Shown: positions 49,991 through 63,351 of the stretch, piece after piece
Layout of the letters: every line of letters begins with the position of its first letter
Numbering within the stretch: the first letter of the stretch is position 1
NCBI GenBank assembly: GCA_965644295.1
Contig: CBFFRP010000378.1
Span: forward strand, 434,001-498,000
Direction: 5' to 3'
DNA length: 64,000 bases
Source of the DNA: Paraphysomonas bandaiensis
Taxonomy: Eukaryota; Protista; Chrysophyceae
Notes under the pieces: model-generated
What the model saw: only the letters and a program-made list of their open reading frames with translations
Databases searched by the model: none
What the model was told of the DNA's origin: nothing
Made by a program: the position numbers and the translations under genes

Positions 49991-50977
49991 ATGGCGCTTA
50001 GAAGAGTTATTATAAGTGCCTGTCTTCTCATTGTCTTATTGCTGTTGGATTTATGCATGTGTCAATTGCCTCATAATATAGTTGCAGTGAGTGGACACAA
50101 AACAGGCACGGTTATGATGGGATCTATATTTAGAGGAATAGCCGAGAGATATAACGTAAGCACTAGCTTATTACATCGCTGGCGACCTCATATGGCAAAA
50201 TCGAATCGAATTTATCGCACATGGAAGTTCACCGACATTGTTAAATATGCACCGTATTTAGGAAAGTTTAAGGCCATAATAGTCACACGTCATCCACTTG
50301 ATATATTTATATCAGCTCAGCGTTATCACCAAAAGTCAGATGAACCGTGGCTGCATAAGCGTCGAAGATTTTTACATGACAAAACTTATCAGCAGTATAT
50401 GAACTTTATTTCTGATTCAGCTGGTATCCTTGTGGAGATGACATGCTCTCCAACAGTGTATGACATGATATCGACTATATCGGAGACGAAGTACAACAAG
50501 GATATCCGTGTGTACCGATTAGATCATTTTCGCACTAAGTATGAAGAGACCTGTCGAAGCTTATCCAGGCATTTGCAGTTGGACGAGAATATCCTATTAG
50601 AGACTGCCCAGCCATTTTCATATGAGAAATTTGTGCACTCCGACCATTCTTCTGTTGATGCCACGGCTGCCTTGCAAAGAAAGGATAAGCCGTACGAATT
50701 CGACTCAAAGCTGGAGTGTATACATTACAATCACTATGAAGCTATATACGGGTTGCGTTCGCTCTGTGCGGCTGGTTATGGTGAAACTACGGAGCAATTT
50801 ATCATCAACCAGCGCGAGGCCTGTAAAGGGAAGCCAGAGGAAGTTGTGTCATATATAAAGCGTGATTGTGAGTGCTACAACTCTTCGGGTTTTATACATG
50901 CATATGCAGGATGCAGGTACAAAGAACCAAAAAACTTCTACTACGATTCGACTAAGCCAATTGCCAAACAGAATTAG
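49991..50977 (+). CDS. Secretory-pathway sulfotransferase-like protein, intronless
   Basis: Hydrophobic N-terminal signal/anchor, 5'-PSB loop SGHKTGTVMM and 3'-PB motif VTRHPLDIFIS. Confidence 0.8.
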   Translation: MALRRVIISACLLIVLLLLDLCMCQLPHNIVAVSGHKTGTVMMGSIFRGIAERYNVSTSLLHRWRPHMAKSNRIYRTWKFTDIVKYAPYLGKFKAIIVTRHPLDIFISAQRYHQKSDEPWLHKRRRFLHDKTYQQYMNFISDSAGILVEMTCSPTVYDMISTISETKYNKDIRVYRLDHFRTKYEETCRSLSRHLQLDENILLETAQPFSYEKFVHSDHSSVDATAALQRKDKPYEFDSKLECIHYNHYEAIYGLRSLCAAGYGETTEQFIINQREACKGKPEEVVSYIKRDCECYNSSGFIHAYAGCRYKEPKNFYYDSTKPIAKQN

Positions 50978-51465
50978 CACATACTGTTGAATCTGTATCG
51001 TATATGTTAGTGAATATATAGCAGGACTTTGTGTATTTTTTTCCACTGTAGACGGGTATGGGTGTAACGTTCAATTTTGAGCCGACGTAAAAATGCGGTG
51101 TGTAAAGTAAACGTGAGTATGCCTGTCAAGTTGCTGTTGCTATCTGGAAGTGACATTAGAAAATATATCATGTGACAACTTCTAGTGTAGCAGGTAAAGT
51201 GGTAATTAGCTGATAATGAAATGGACTACAGTCACAATTGTGTTGCACACAAAGTAGCTTTACTCAATTCTCGATTCTTGCAGCTGAAAACCAACGAACA
51301 TGTGATATTTTGTAGGATGTGTATATATTATGCATTACGTCTTCTGTTGGAGTGCGTGACGTTGTATACAGTTGTTATCTATATATATCAGTAAGTCGAA
51401 TTATTAGTAGGAATTTACCATTATCTAACGATACAAGCGATGAGCGCATACCGCATACCAACACA

Positions 51466-51607
51466 CAGGGCCTGGCAACTGGTAACCATTAATGGCCCAT
51501 TTATGGTAGTCCATTTCCCGGCAATTATAAAGACATTAATAAAAAATGTCCCGGCAATTATAATGGCATTACCATAAATGGCCCATTAATGCCATTACCA
51601 TTAATTG
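51466..51607. mobile_element. hAT-family terminal fragment
   Basis: CAGGGCCTGG terminus. 51490-51595 is the reverse complement of ~11927-12020. Confidence 0.75.
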
Positions 51608-53048
51608 TTACCTAAAATATCACTGTTTTGATACTAGAGTATCCTGTTTTCAACAGAAAATTAAATTTAGTTATGACGTACCTAGTTACTAGATACAATA
51701 CAGAATAGAATTAACTGCAGATTTGACAAGAGAAAACAAGATGTGTGTTAATCATATATAGATAGATATATGTGTGTCGTGTGAATAACTTGTTGGAACA
51801 CATGATACTCTAAGATAGCGCCGTATTGAAATACTGTATTACTATGTAACTTTAACGCTGAAGTTATTTTTAAGTAATGGTTGTTATTAAAAGGGGAAAG
51901 AAAAATCGCTGGTAGTTTGGGTGTTTTTTTCACGAGCAATTATTTTCTATCTAGTCAGACAGACCCCAATAATTTTGACTTATACTGCATACGTATTTTC
52001 ACAGTGAAAATTATAAGTTAATGCATGTAGCACCAAATTTACTCCATCTATTCAATGTTGACGCCAACACAGACAAGATGGCAAAATAAATTGAAGTTCT
52101 TTCTTTTTTTGCTTCGTATTGGCACCCCGTGAACAGATGACTTAAAGTTATAGAAGAGGTTTAAAATAGAAAATACAAAGACGATTAATTATACTAAAAT
52201 AATTTTTAGTATTACCCTTTGATGATAAATTAGAAAATTTAAGGAGTATATTACTATATCAAGCTTACTAAATATTACTTTTCTTTCAAATTTATTACCA
52301 AAGAGACAACCTAGTTTTCTTACATATGCGTAATAGATGCCTTAAAATTTGAGTAGAAAACAATGCTCTTACCTATTTAAGTGGTTTATAATCTCATCAA
52401 GTCCATGGGATTATTCAGAATTCTCACATGTTAGCTAAACATGTAAAGAAAAGAAAAAAGAACAGCTGGTAGTTCACGGTCATTAGCCCAATGTTACAGA
52501 ACGTTTACGTGCTGGCGCGGAAGAGCAGTCCAATGAGAATGGTGCATAGTTACACCTATGGTCAAATAGCATATCAGCATTTCATTGTGTGCAACTCATA
52601 TGCATGTACACAAGCACTATAACTTAGATAATGTACTACAAAATCCATTACACTACATGATTCTTCCGCTCCGCAGTTATGATACCGATATATTGAGTAG
52701 TTCCAGTGTTCGTTAAAATACCCTCCACCCTGTTATTGGATAGAGTGTATGTATCCAGATATCCATATCCATATCCATATAAAAATCACCCTTTTTGTGA
52801 AATAGAGTCATCAAAAAACTGTTTTTTGCCTGATCGACAGTGTATTCCCACTCACACAGAATACGGAATAGTATCTAAGAATTCCTACAGTGTGTAGGTA
52901 TGGATACTGCTGTACAGCAAGTATGCGGAACACTGGCCTCACTCTCCTCTTTTGTGTGAACTGTGAAGTCTCTATTGTAGTTTATTAGCGTCTACAGCAG
53001 TGTATTAGAGCAGCATATATATACACCTCCTGCTCCACCTCTCATTGA

Positions 53049-54656
53049 ATGTCTACCTCTGGAAACAATCAAACCGATCACCTTACTCACCTAGCGCAGA
53101 TAGCTGCGGGGTTTGCTGGTCAGCCAGTGCCCTCTGTCCATGCTCTTAAGTCTCTGTTAAAGCCCTCTGACACACCCATAGATTCTCAAACCTTATCAGA
53201 TGTACGGGACGGGTCTACACAGACTATAACAAGTCTACGTGATGCATCTGTGCAGACGGGGGGATCCACAGGGCAAGGAACAGGTACAGATGTACCTATG
53301 GCCCCTCATCACTCTCCCGACGCTGAGGTATTGGATCTCATGTATGGACCCTGGTGTAGACTGTGAATATGATTGTTTCAGGGTTTTCTAGAGAGAGTTA
53401 AGGCAACAGTAGGGGAAGACAACTACCGTCAGTTCATAGATATAATGTCTGATATTCGTGTGAATTTCGTGAACCATCGAAAAGATCTTGTCATGGAGGT
53501 AGGATTTTAAATTGCTTTTGGTGCTGTGCTATTATGCACAATGCTATTATGATTGATACTTATAGCGCGGGTAATATGGTATGTACAGAAATTGGATACT
53601 GTGAAGGCTATGCTCACCCATGAGAGTCCTACACTTCGAATGGAACTGGATGATTACTTTCCCGTGTTGCATGCCTTTAAATCCCGCCATGAGTTGGAGC
53701 AGCAAACATTTGAACGAAGTCGTCTTCAATTTCAGCTCTGGAATCACAACCAAATGACCAGACAGCAGAGACATGATAGTAATTTATCGACAACAGAGAG
53801 AAGTAGTAGTGGAGAAAACGCCCGAGTGGGTGCAGAGTGGTGGATACGCGCTCTAGGACGCGTGAATAACGACCAATGGACAGCAAACAGTCGACCGTTT
53901 AATCCGTACGTTCATCCTGTTCCTTTCCCGGCGTACCAATCTCAACTGCAACAGTACCATCAACACTTGCATCAACTCCAGCAGCAAATACATCATGTGC
54001 CGTATTATTCGCCATATAGTTACGGACAGTCTGCCTTACCGATGTCGAGTGCCACAGACACTACCCGAAGGCACAAATCGCGCAGCAGAGCGTCTAAGAG
54101 ATCTCCAGCGGACATATGCTCACCAGTGCCTGAGGAACAAGCCTCTAGTGCCGTATCTGCGCGTGTAGATAAACGGGCAAAGACGACTCAAAGCACATCA
54201 ATCACCAGTGTGGACTCCCAGAAAAATAGTATTAGAACAAACCCCGTGTCCAATGTAAATGCTTTAGACCGCAGCTTTTCCTCCTCTCCCCAACAGATGG
54301 TAGCTGTGGAAAATACTGGTACTAGCATGCACTTTCAGCATATTGAAAGCCCTGGATCTAGTGTGGTTGATGATATACAGCGACGTTCCGATACACCACC
54401 AAGCGTAGGGATCGGAGGGTTGTCCAGTGATTATAACTCAAGCGGATACTCTGTAGCGGTATCAAAGCCTGTTCATACACACAATGAAATGCCAGCTTCC
54501 CCCACCGACAGCTCCACTTTATCCCTCCTCACTCTTCCTTCTACATGGACAGACGATATCGAGACTCGTCTACAATCAGGCGAGCGTTCTACTTACTCCC
54601 CACATCGTCAGCATGGCGATATGTATGCAAACACCAGTGATTTTCGTACTGTGTAG
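53049..54656 (+). CDS. PAH (paired amphipathic helix)-like domain protein with Q/S-rich low-complexity tail
   Basis: Spliced FLERVKATVGEDNYRQFIDIMSD...VKAMLTHESPTLRMELDDYFP fits the PAH pattern, followed by a QLQQYHQHLHQLQQQ tract. Confidence 0.6.
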
Positions 54657-55006
54657 TGTCTCCATTGTGGTATCCAATATCAATGCATGTTTTTTGTATC
54701 TCCTTCATGGGATTTATTTCTTCATCTTTCGATTCACTATAGAGCAATTTTTTTGAGTTTACACTTTGTATTATTTGAATAAAAAATAGTAATGCAAAGA
54801 AGTTAATATGTGGCGAAAGTACTTTTTCAGTGTTAATTATCGCTGCAGGATTTGAAGGCTGAAAGTCGTACTTTTCATCTTTTCATTGTATTGAAAGTCT
54901 TGTTATTAGCAATAGGCGTTAAAAACCTGCACCAACGTAGTAGCTAGATGAATGCTAGACAAACTAGTTAGACCTCTACCTGTAACTAATCAGTACACAC
55001 TTTTTT

Positions 55007-55375
55007 ATCCTACTATTTAACGCTACGGAAGCTGCTTGTGCGTCGCCGCAAGCACCAAGGTGCGACTATTTCCGCTCTGAGTTCTTAAGGTGAACATCCC
55101 GGATGCTTGACTTCAGCTGGCAGCTCAATTCCCCGGTTACCCTTCAGGTAGGCCCTATCCTGGATGCCCTTGAGGTGGGCCCATTCCTGGATGCCTGTTT
55201 GTTCGCGAGTGGCCCAAGGACATCTACACAAGTTGTGACACTTATTAGTGTCCCTTGTACCACACAAGCATTCGGCTATGAGTGGGCAGATCTATATATT
55301 GTACGTTTTAGTTTCCGGGAGAAATATCTCCGGTACTTATACCCCAGAACACCACGAAGAAGACTTTGTTGAGGG
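55007..55375. repeat. Dispersed repeat family A
   Basis: Colinear with 11497-11920, with an internal duplication of ccctt.aggt.ggccc.tcctggatgcc. Confidence 0.85.
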
Positions 55376-55663
55376 AACCTTTTCAGTGTCTTAATATCTT
55401 TAAGTATAGACAACAACATCACCATAATCAACTGTTGTTTTTTCTTTCTCATTATTATTGTGTTGATGTTCCTTATATCTACTCAGCAGTATCATTTTCG
55501 AGTTAAGTGTTATTCTTGTTCTCTTATAGGCTTATAGGACAATTTAGCCCTGCAAAGCTCTGTTTGATTTCATTCAAAACCATGCACACAATAATACTGT
55601 TGATGATTCGTCCTATGTTTCAAAGTTTACTAGTATTGCAAGTCTCATTATTTCAGTGCTTAA

Positions 55664-56095
55664 CTCTGATATCGTACTACTAAACGCTACGAAAGCTACA
55701 AACTTGTGCGTCATCACTTTCTCTCTAACACTCAAAACAAACGCAGTGAGCAAGCAGAATGTTGATATACCTCTCAACTGCTGACTTCAGGACTTTTGAG
55801 TCCTTAAGGTGAACAGCCCGGATGCTGGGCTTTAGCAGGCAGATCAATACACCGGATGCCCTTGAGATGGGCCCATTCCCGGATGCCTGTGTATTCGTCA
55901 GGAGCCCAAAGACGTCTACACAAGTAGTGACACTAAAATTACTGTCGCTTGTACTACACAAACATTCGACCATGAGTGGGCAGATCTGTATCTGCTGATT
56001 ATATATTATGGCTCACGTTAGTTCTCGGAGAAATTTCTCCGGTAGTTTTATCCCCCGGAACACCACGCTAAGAGATGAGAGTCCGACTTTATTGA
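55664..56095. repeat. Dispersed repeat family A
   Basis: Colinear with 11497-11920 and 55007-55375. Confidence 0.85.
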
Positions 56096-56149
56096 CGGTA
56101 ATATATTGTTATTAGGGTTCTATAGTTCTATATAAGTTCTATTATTTTA

Positions 56150-56468
56150 ATCACGGGCTATATAAGAAGGAGGCTATATATCAACCCGCGCTTCAGTTGA
56201 AGGATGGAATATAACTTGGAGTGTTTGATGATCAGCTTTAGATAGTTGGCTCATCCTTGTGGTTTCTCTACAAAAAGTGTACCATAATGAATTCCCATAC
56301 AAATGACTGTCAATATCATAATTGAGATAGAAGAGAGCTTCTGTTGAACCGAATGTTGAAGTTGAATGTCTCTATGTGCCCGGTGCTGAGTGCTGATATG
56401 AGCGCTCTGTTGAGCCCAATTCAGGTTTACAAAAGCTTTTTTGAGACAAATGGGGGATAACAATATGT
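56150..56468. mobile_element. Internally deleted copy of the probable Crypton at 47460-48530
   Basis: cacgggc..aaggaggctatat..cccgcgct matches 47467-47501 and is joined directly to a copy of 48055-48310. Confidence 0.6.
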
Positions 56469-57470
56469 TGATATATTTTCGGCGCTAAAAAGAAAACATT
56501 AGCTGGATCAAGGTTACCACAGATTGATGACAACTCAATAACAATGCAGCAGCTAGTACTCTACGTATTCGAACTCTTCGTCCTCATTCTCGTCATAATC
56601 GGACGGTCTATATATTACTTCAATCCAATATATTTTTACCTGGCCTTGGTCATTATATGAGGAGAAGGAACGTAAGATTGAGATGGAGGACTCTCCTAGA
56701 ACTTATCTTGTTGGTAGAGTCGTAAGAGTAATGTTAGAAGGATATGATCCTTCTACCCCTAGTGACACAGTTCATAAAAATTAAATCAGGGCTGTGGGTA
56801 CACGGGTACACTATGTGGATTATGGACTAGATGACTAGATGAGCCAGGGTTGAATACCCTTGTATCACACTTTTTGTGGCCACTTCAACTACTGATTTAC
56901 TATTACTACAGGTGATACCTTTCAACATTATATAATTATCACTCATGATCCTGACTATTAGACATTATGTGTAAAGTATGTCAATTTATTGAAGTTGTAT
57001 GAGCGATGCAACCGGTCAACTAAATACGTGGGTAAACGACGAGTTGAATATATATATGATGAATCATAGGCTCCTAATCCGTTTATGCTTGTCTTTAAAC
57101 TATCTTGATATGTCTTAGTCGTATATTTATCCTGTATAGAGTGTATATATCGAGGATATTTAGGAACTCTTCTAAGCAAGAAGTTATCTGAAAGGCAGAG
57201 TAGTAGAGTAAAACGAGCGCTGGGTTCTCCCATTTTCGGCAAACAGACTCACAAATATTGTTGCACTATACCGTATGAATAAAACATTGTTATGGGGATA
57301 ACTAATGAAAGATGGAATGTTTACTCACAATCAGTGCACGTTATTAACTTGTAGTTATCTGATAACACCGCACCTACTTCAAAATTATTGACCGTAAAGT
57401 CAATATAACTAGCAGCTATCATACAGCTGCTGTATATTGAGAATTCGTATGCAGAGAGTACTGTATACGT

Positions 57471-57578
57471 CGAGATATGCTCTCCACGTAACAGTAATAG
57501 TAAGTGGCGTTATGAATAGAGAGTACATTCGAGATATACTCTCCACGTAACAGTAATAGTAAGTGGCGTTATGAATAA
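57471..57578. repeat. Tandem duplication, 48-bp core with 60-bp period
   Basis: cgagatat(g/a)ctctccacgtaacagtaatagtaagtggcgttatgaata at 57471 and 57531. Confidence 0.9.
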
Positions 57579-58370
57579 GTATCATTGCGCTCCTGTAGCA
57601 ATATGCATCGGCCTTTCTTCGTACTGCTTGTTTTCATCAAAACATAGAAATCGCGATATACTGAGTAGGACACGGGGAAAATCACCCTTTACATAGTACG
57701 AACTGTGTGTGTACAATGAACGGTAAGCAGTATCTTGATATCCGGATAACTAGATATGGGATATACAGAGCAGTACAGGCAGCTCGCGATATAACGCGAT
57801 AGGTGTCCGCGAAAGGAAATCGCGATATAGGTTTTTAGGGAAAACGTAGCGGTGACCAGTGACGCATCGTTCCTTATTCGGCACCATTATTTCTACACCA
57901 CAATCCAAAATTCTTTCCACTAGAAGCCTTCCATTTCTCACATAGCTCTGATTGCTCTTTAACGGTTCGTGACTTCCTGCTTTCTGGCTCACGACGCTTC
58001 ATTGATCATTCAATTCTTCTTATAACACCACCTGCTAACATACGACTATAGTGATACAAGATCCTATCAGTGACGGAATACCACTGCGACTACACAAAAA
58101 CCCGGGTTTTATAGTATAGAGAATGTGGTGGGTGAAAGAAATACAGGAAGCGCGTTATATCGCGAGTGACCTATGGCCTGCCGTATACCCATGTATAACC
58201 TGTATTCAGTTGGATGGTGTATATGGTATGTGACGTCGATGAGAGAGCGATACTTGTCATAGCTACATTCGCTTGCTTGTATTGGTATAGCGGTGTAGTA
58301 ATTTGCTATATATATACATATATCACATATATCAACCTCACCGCCCACCTTATTGAGATTATTTATACTT

Positions 58371-60167
58371 ATGGTTGCTGTAACCCTTATCGTATCATGC
58401 GCAGCGTTTGCTGCCATGGGCTACGCTATCATTGTGTTTGTTATCAAGGCCTGGACGTTGAGAAAATTCCGCGGCCCACATGCGTTACCAATCGTCGGCT
58501 GCTGTTATAACCCCAAGGCATTTTCTTTATTCCGATACATGGCAACTCTCAGGAAAGAATTCGGGAAAATATTCGTGATGTTTTTGTTTCACAAGGCCTA
58601 TCTGGTCACCCTGGAGCCAACTATTGTCCGCAGAGTTCTCTCCGATACCAAGGCCTTTGTTAAGGGGGTAGACTACAGTGAACAATTCAGTTTGGTTTTT
58701 GGTGATGGTCTTGTTACCTCGAGAAACGACAAGCACAAGGCAGATCGTGCCATATTTGGTAAATATTTTATTCGTGGAAACATTGCCAAGTACATGCCGT
58801 CTGTGTGTGAGATTTCCAACGAAGCGATTGACCAACTTATCGACGGGGAAATGGGGTCAGCAAAGAGTTTGACGTTGGATATTGAGTTCTTCTTTGCCAG
58901 GCTTGCTCTGCGTGAGTTCATGAACTTCGCTGCGGGCACCACTTATCGGAACGACCTTCCCCGCGAGAAAGAGGTATTCATGATGTTGAGTTGTATGTTT
59001 GCGACTTGTGGTTTACTTTAGTGTGCCAGATCTGCAAGATTGTGTCTGACGGTAGCTGTGCGATGGGAAATATTATTATGTTTAGCATTCCACAGTATGA
59101 TTTCATGCCATATGTTAAGACTGCAAGATCTGTTCGCACAGAGGTAGGAACTTTGTCGTCGCCGTCACATTATTTAAATGGATGTAGACACATTGGCAGC
59201 GAGTGTGAATCTATGTAGTATGTATATAATGATACTTTTGCAGCTGTGGAAGGATTTCGAGCCCATTGTCGAGGAGCGTCGTAAACTAATGCAGTCAGGA
59301 CAGGCATACCCTGACGACTGCATTACCGCCATGATCGAGGCCAATATGAGCGAGATAGATATTATTGACCACACAGTCACAATGATATCAGCTGGGCACG
59401 ATACCACTGCATACTTTTCTGCATATGTATGCCTTCTTCTCGCGGAGCACCAAGATGTACAGGAAAAACTTCGCAACGAGATATTCGAGCAGCTCGGTGA
59501 GTACCTGCACTCTCCTGTTGCCATAATAACGAATTAGATGTGTCTGTATTAATGCTGACTTTTGTAGGTGATCGTATCGACATATCTGCTGATGAGATTA
59601 CTGGACTTAAATACTTACACCAGGTACGCTACATTATTTTCATCTGGGGTGTCTCATTTTATAATTAATGCTTCCAATAGGTGTTGCAAGAGTGCCTCCG
59701 ACTATATGCAATTATACCATGCGTTACTCGATATGCTACAACGGATGTCACTATCAAGGATGCCGGAGTGGATGGGGCTGATGTGACTATCCCTAAGGGA
59801 ACCGATGTGATGATTCCTATGTACCTCCTCAACCGGGACCCAAGCATTTGGACTAATCCTTCCAAGTTTGACCCTGATCGGTACGTTAGATATATATTTT
59901 TGTATGTTATTTTCATTTTCTTTCTTCGGATGCAGCTTTGAGGGTAAAGGAGATTACACCAATGCTCGGGCCGGATTCTTTCCATTCGGTTACGGGTCTC
60001 GTACTTGCATCGGCAACACACTGGCGCAATTGGAAGCCTCAGTTTTCATGTGTCACCTCCTGCGCCGATTCCGTTTCCGCCCAGAGCCTGGATTTAAAAT
60101 CAACATTAATGCAGGGATTTCTCTCACTACCTCCAATGGAGTGCGTGTTGTGCTGGAGCGTGTGTAA
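58371..60167 (+). CDS. Cytochrome P450, multi-exon
   Basis: N-terminal TM helix with GPHALPIVG hinge, I-helix AGHDTT, ExxR (ECLR), FDPDRF and heme motif FGYGSRTCIG. Confidence 0.96.
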
Positions 60168-62274
60168 ACCTAGCCAACTACTCCTTTGGAAGTGCGATCT
60201 AAAGTTCTTATGTCACTCATATCACTCTTTTACATATATTATCCACTTGAGCGATCGTATGGATGTGAATTATGACTAGACTTTTCATGTTTATTCTGCA
60301 ATCATACGATATGTTCGGTGTATTTTTCTCATATGCTCATGGAAAGAAACGGCGCATGCTTATCTGCGTTCACACTAGTATGTATCATGATGGCACCACA
60401 GAAAGTAAAATTTCGAAATTAGTGAATAAGTAGGAAACATGTTGGTTTAGTACTGTACTTTGTTTGACTTGAGTACGGAATTCATAGACCTTAACGATAA
60501 TGAGATGCCTAATCTTCTTTATAACTGTCAGTTGAAGAATTACAACTGTAGGACATGAATTAATGATATGATGTAAATTGTAAAATACAGATAAACTTTG
60601 ACTGTATAAGATCATGTCTATCTAAGATATGATAGTGTTGATTGGTAAGAGGTAAGAGAGATTATACATTCGGTGACGACAATGAGTGATAAGATATAGA
60701 ATTAACGATATAGGATAAGGTGATTATAATTTTATTTTACTAATTGAGTGAGTAATTGGCTTTTTTTCGATATGTCTATCCATGCACGACTGAATGCAAC
60801 ATATTGAAATATCTATTCCTCAAATGGTTAGAAGAAGTTTTCCAACTTTGGGTATAGGTAGCTATAGTAGTGTATAATAGTAACTACTACCAGTCATACT
60901 AAATGTTTCTCTTTTATATCTATATTTAACCTGTGCTATTGATTTCATCATTACATTAAATAGGAAGGACAAGTGGAGTAGGAAAGACAAATGAAAATTT
61001 TATAAAAACTAATCAACACACGTTACCGGATGTTGATGGCTCAGTGGACAGGCATGGATAAAAACACGACTATCTAACTTGTAGATAATATTCGTGGGTT
61101 GGTGATCATGTGGTCTAATTACTAGACCTAAGAATGCCAGTGGTATAGACGCATGTATTTAACTGCGGATAGATTATATTACTATACTACAATAGTATTA
61201 CGGTTAGAAAAGTATTACAAAAGTATTGTTCCTTTGTACTGATTTCTCAGTCATCTCGGCAAGCTTATCGCGGAACACAACATGCGTCATCACATCTTAC
61301 CCTCTTGACAGCCAGTTAATCGTATCCAACAATAAATAGATATGCAGTGTAAGTCAGGCATAACGAACAACATGTTGTAATTATAATAATTGAGCCTGAT
61401 TTGTGGTTCCATCAACACTATTGACACCATTGACACCTCGTTTACTTGCGATACTATTGCAATGTATTAAAATTAATCGTTACTACGGTACTAAACAATG
61501 AGACATCAAGAGACTGTGTTTCATCTGTAAAAATAAAGACTAAATATACCATTGCTATATATTGTTCCCTAGTCATTGTATATATATAATTCGAATAAGG
61601 GTCATGTCGTACACCTTGTTTCGTTCCTCACGGTCCAACATCCAACATGCAACGTGTAATTTGTACATGTAATGATGGTAAAGTAAAAACTTTTCAATCA
61701 ATGAACCTGTCAGCGTGATAACTTTTGCTTTCGAAAATCCTCATAATCAACAAGCGCCATACATGTGTCTGTGATGGTTCAGTCGTGCATTGATAGACTT
61801 ATCGAAAAAAAGTCACTTACTCAGTGAGTGAATAATCAAGCAACTTATACTCTTGAGCGAGTGAGAGGGTCTCACTTTCATGCTATATTGTGGTCCATAA
61901 CATACTATGAATTGGAAGACTAGATATCCAGTAGAGCGATATGGGTGTGTATCATACCCTCCCATAGCCGATATACATCAATATATAGTGATATACAGCA
62001 GTATATACAGTGATTCGGCAGCTGCAAATCATAGACCAAAAACTGGGTTTTGCTGACAAAACTGGAGGTTTGTGCAGAGCTGTAGAACATTCATGCTGAC
62101 TGTGTTTGGGGGGTGTATGTGTTCTGTTTTGAGTGTATGAGTATACAGGCAGAGCAGCAGTATACCTGAGTGTGCTGTAAAATTATTAATTATTGATTGT
62201 CCCCCACACATATAATCACATATATATCGTACAATAAATCGCTTCACCTATCAAATCCTCGTCAATTGCTCAAC

Positions 62275-63037
62275 ATGATCCGCACCCTCTCATCCTCCGT
62301 CCGTAGAGCAGGTATTTTTATTGTCTGTCGCAGCCGTATTACTTACAATTTTCCTGCTCAGGATTATCTGTGAGAAATATTCACTCCAGTGCTCTCAGTC
62401 AGGCATCTGTAAGTTTGCTGCCTCGCTATTTTATATTATCAATATTTCCCACAGATTTCACCGGCGGATAGAGTCATGCAGACCGAAAATGTCGACAAGT
62501 TATTGAACACCACTCGCGATGGAGTGGGTATGTAATATTTTTTCTTTAACTACGAGTCTTACAGTTCTGTCTATAGAATTTGTGGTATCAGGCATCGATC
62601 AGCTGGTAAACTGGGCCCGAAAGGATTCTCTCTGGCCAATGACCTTTGGACTAGCTTGCTGCGCCGTTGAGATGATGCACTCCGCCGCTTCCAGGTACGA
62701 TATGGAGCGATGTGGGATGGTATTCCGTGCCTCCCCACGTCAATCAGACGTTATGATTGTTGCCGGAACATTGACTAACAAGATGGCCCCGGCTCTCCGG
62801 AAGGTGTATGATCAAATGCCTGAGCCAAGATGGGTTGTGTCCATGGGTAGCTGTGCCAATGGTGGCGGATACTACCACTACTCCTACGCCGTTGTGAGAG
62901 GATGTGATCGCATCGTCCCGGTCGATATTTATGTTCCTGGGTGCCCGCCTACCGCTGAGGGCCTTCTGTATGGAATGATGCAGCTTCAGAAGAAAGTTAA
63001 GGCCAACAGATCACTCCTCCTCAAGCTGCGCAAATAA
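62275..63037 (+). CDS. NDUFS7: NADH:ubiquinone oxidoreductase PSST subunit (NuoB/Nad10), nuclear-encoded with transit peptide
   Basis: [37 protein letters not shown] and YVPGCPP. An R/S-rich presequence [12 protein letters not shown] is encoded in small 5' exons. Confidence 0.98.
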
Positions 63038-63351
63038 GAAAACACCAGTTTTGTTATCTAGTCTGAGCAGCAGGCAATTCCTACATATTTCGTAATAATT
63101 TGTGACATTGGTGGCATTGTAGCAATCTTTTTCCAAATCTTTTATAGTGACTGCGTAACTACTTGCAAACAACAATTCCACACTAACTAGTCACACTTTA
63201 TTCGTTTATTAAGATAGAAATCTCCATATTTCAGCGTACATTACAAATAAACACAGGTACTTAATTTGGCATGCCAATTTATCTCACTGTACTAGAATAA
63301 GTTAGAGTGAAGAAAAGAATTAAATGCTGCTGAACTATATAGAGTATAGAT

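Noticed and set aside
55664-55700. Possible hammerhead ribozyme (ctgat...cgaaa) at the start of repeat family A
   Set aside because: The core reads CTGATAT or CTGATGC rather than CUGANGA, and I could not build stems I-III.
49991-60167. Sulfotransferase plus P450 as a biosynthetic gene cluster
   Set aside because: They are over 7 kb apart, separated by an unrelated gene and repeats, and no scaffold-forming enzyme is present.
60200-62270. 2-kb interval without long ORFs, examined for RNA genes
   Set aside because: I could not recognise a tRNA, rRNA or snRNA motif by eye; an Infernal/Rfam scan would be needed.
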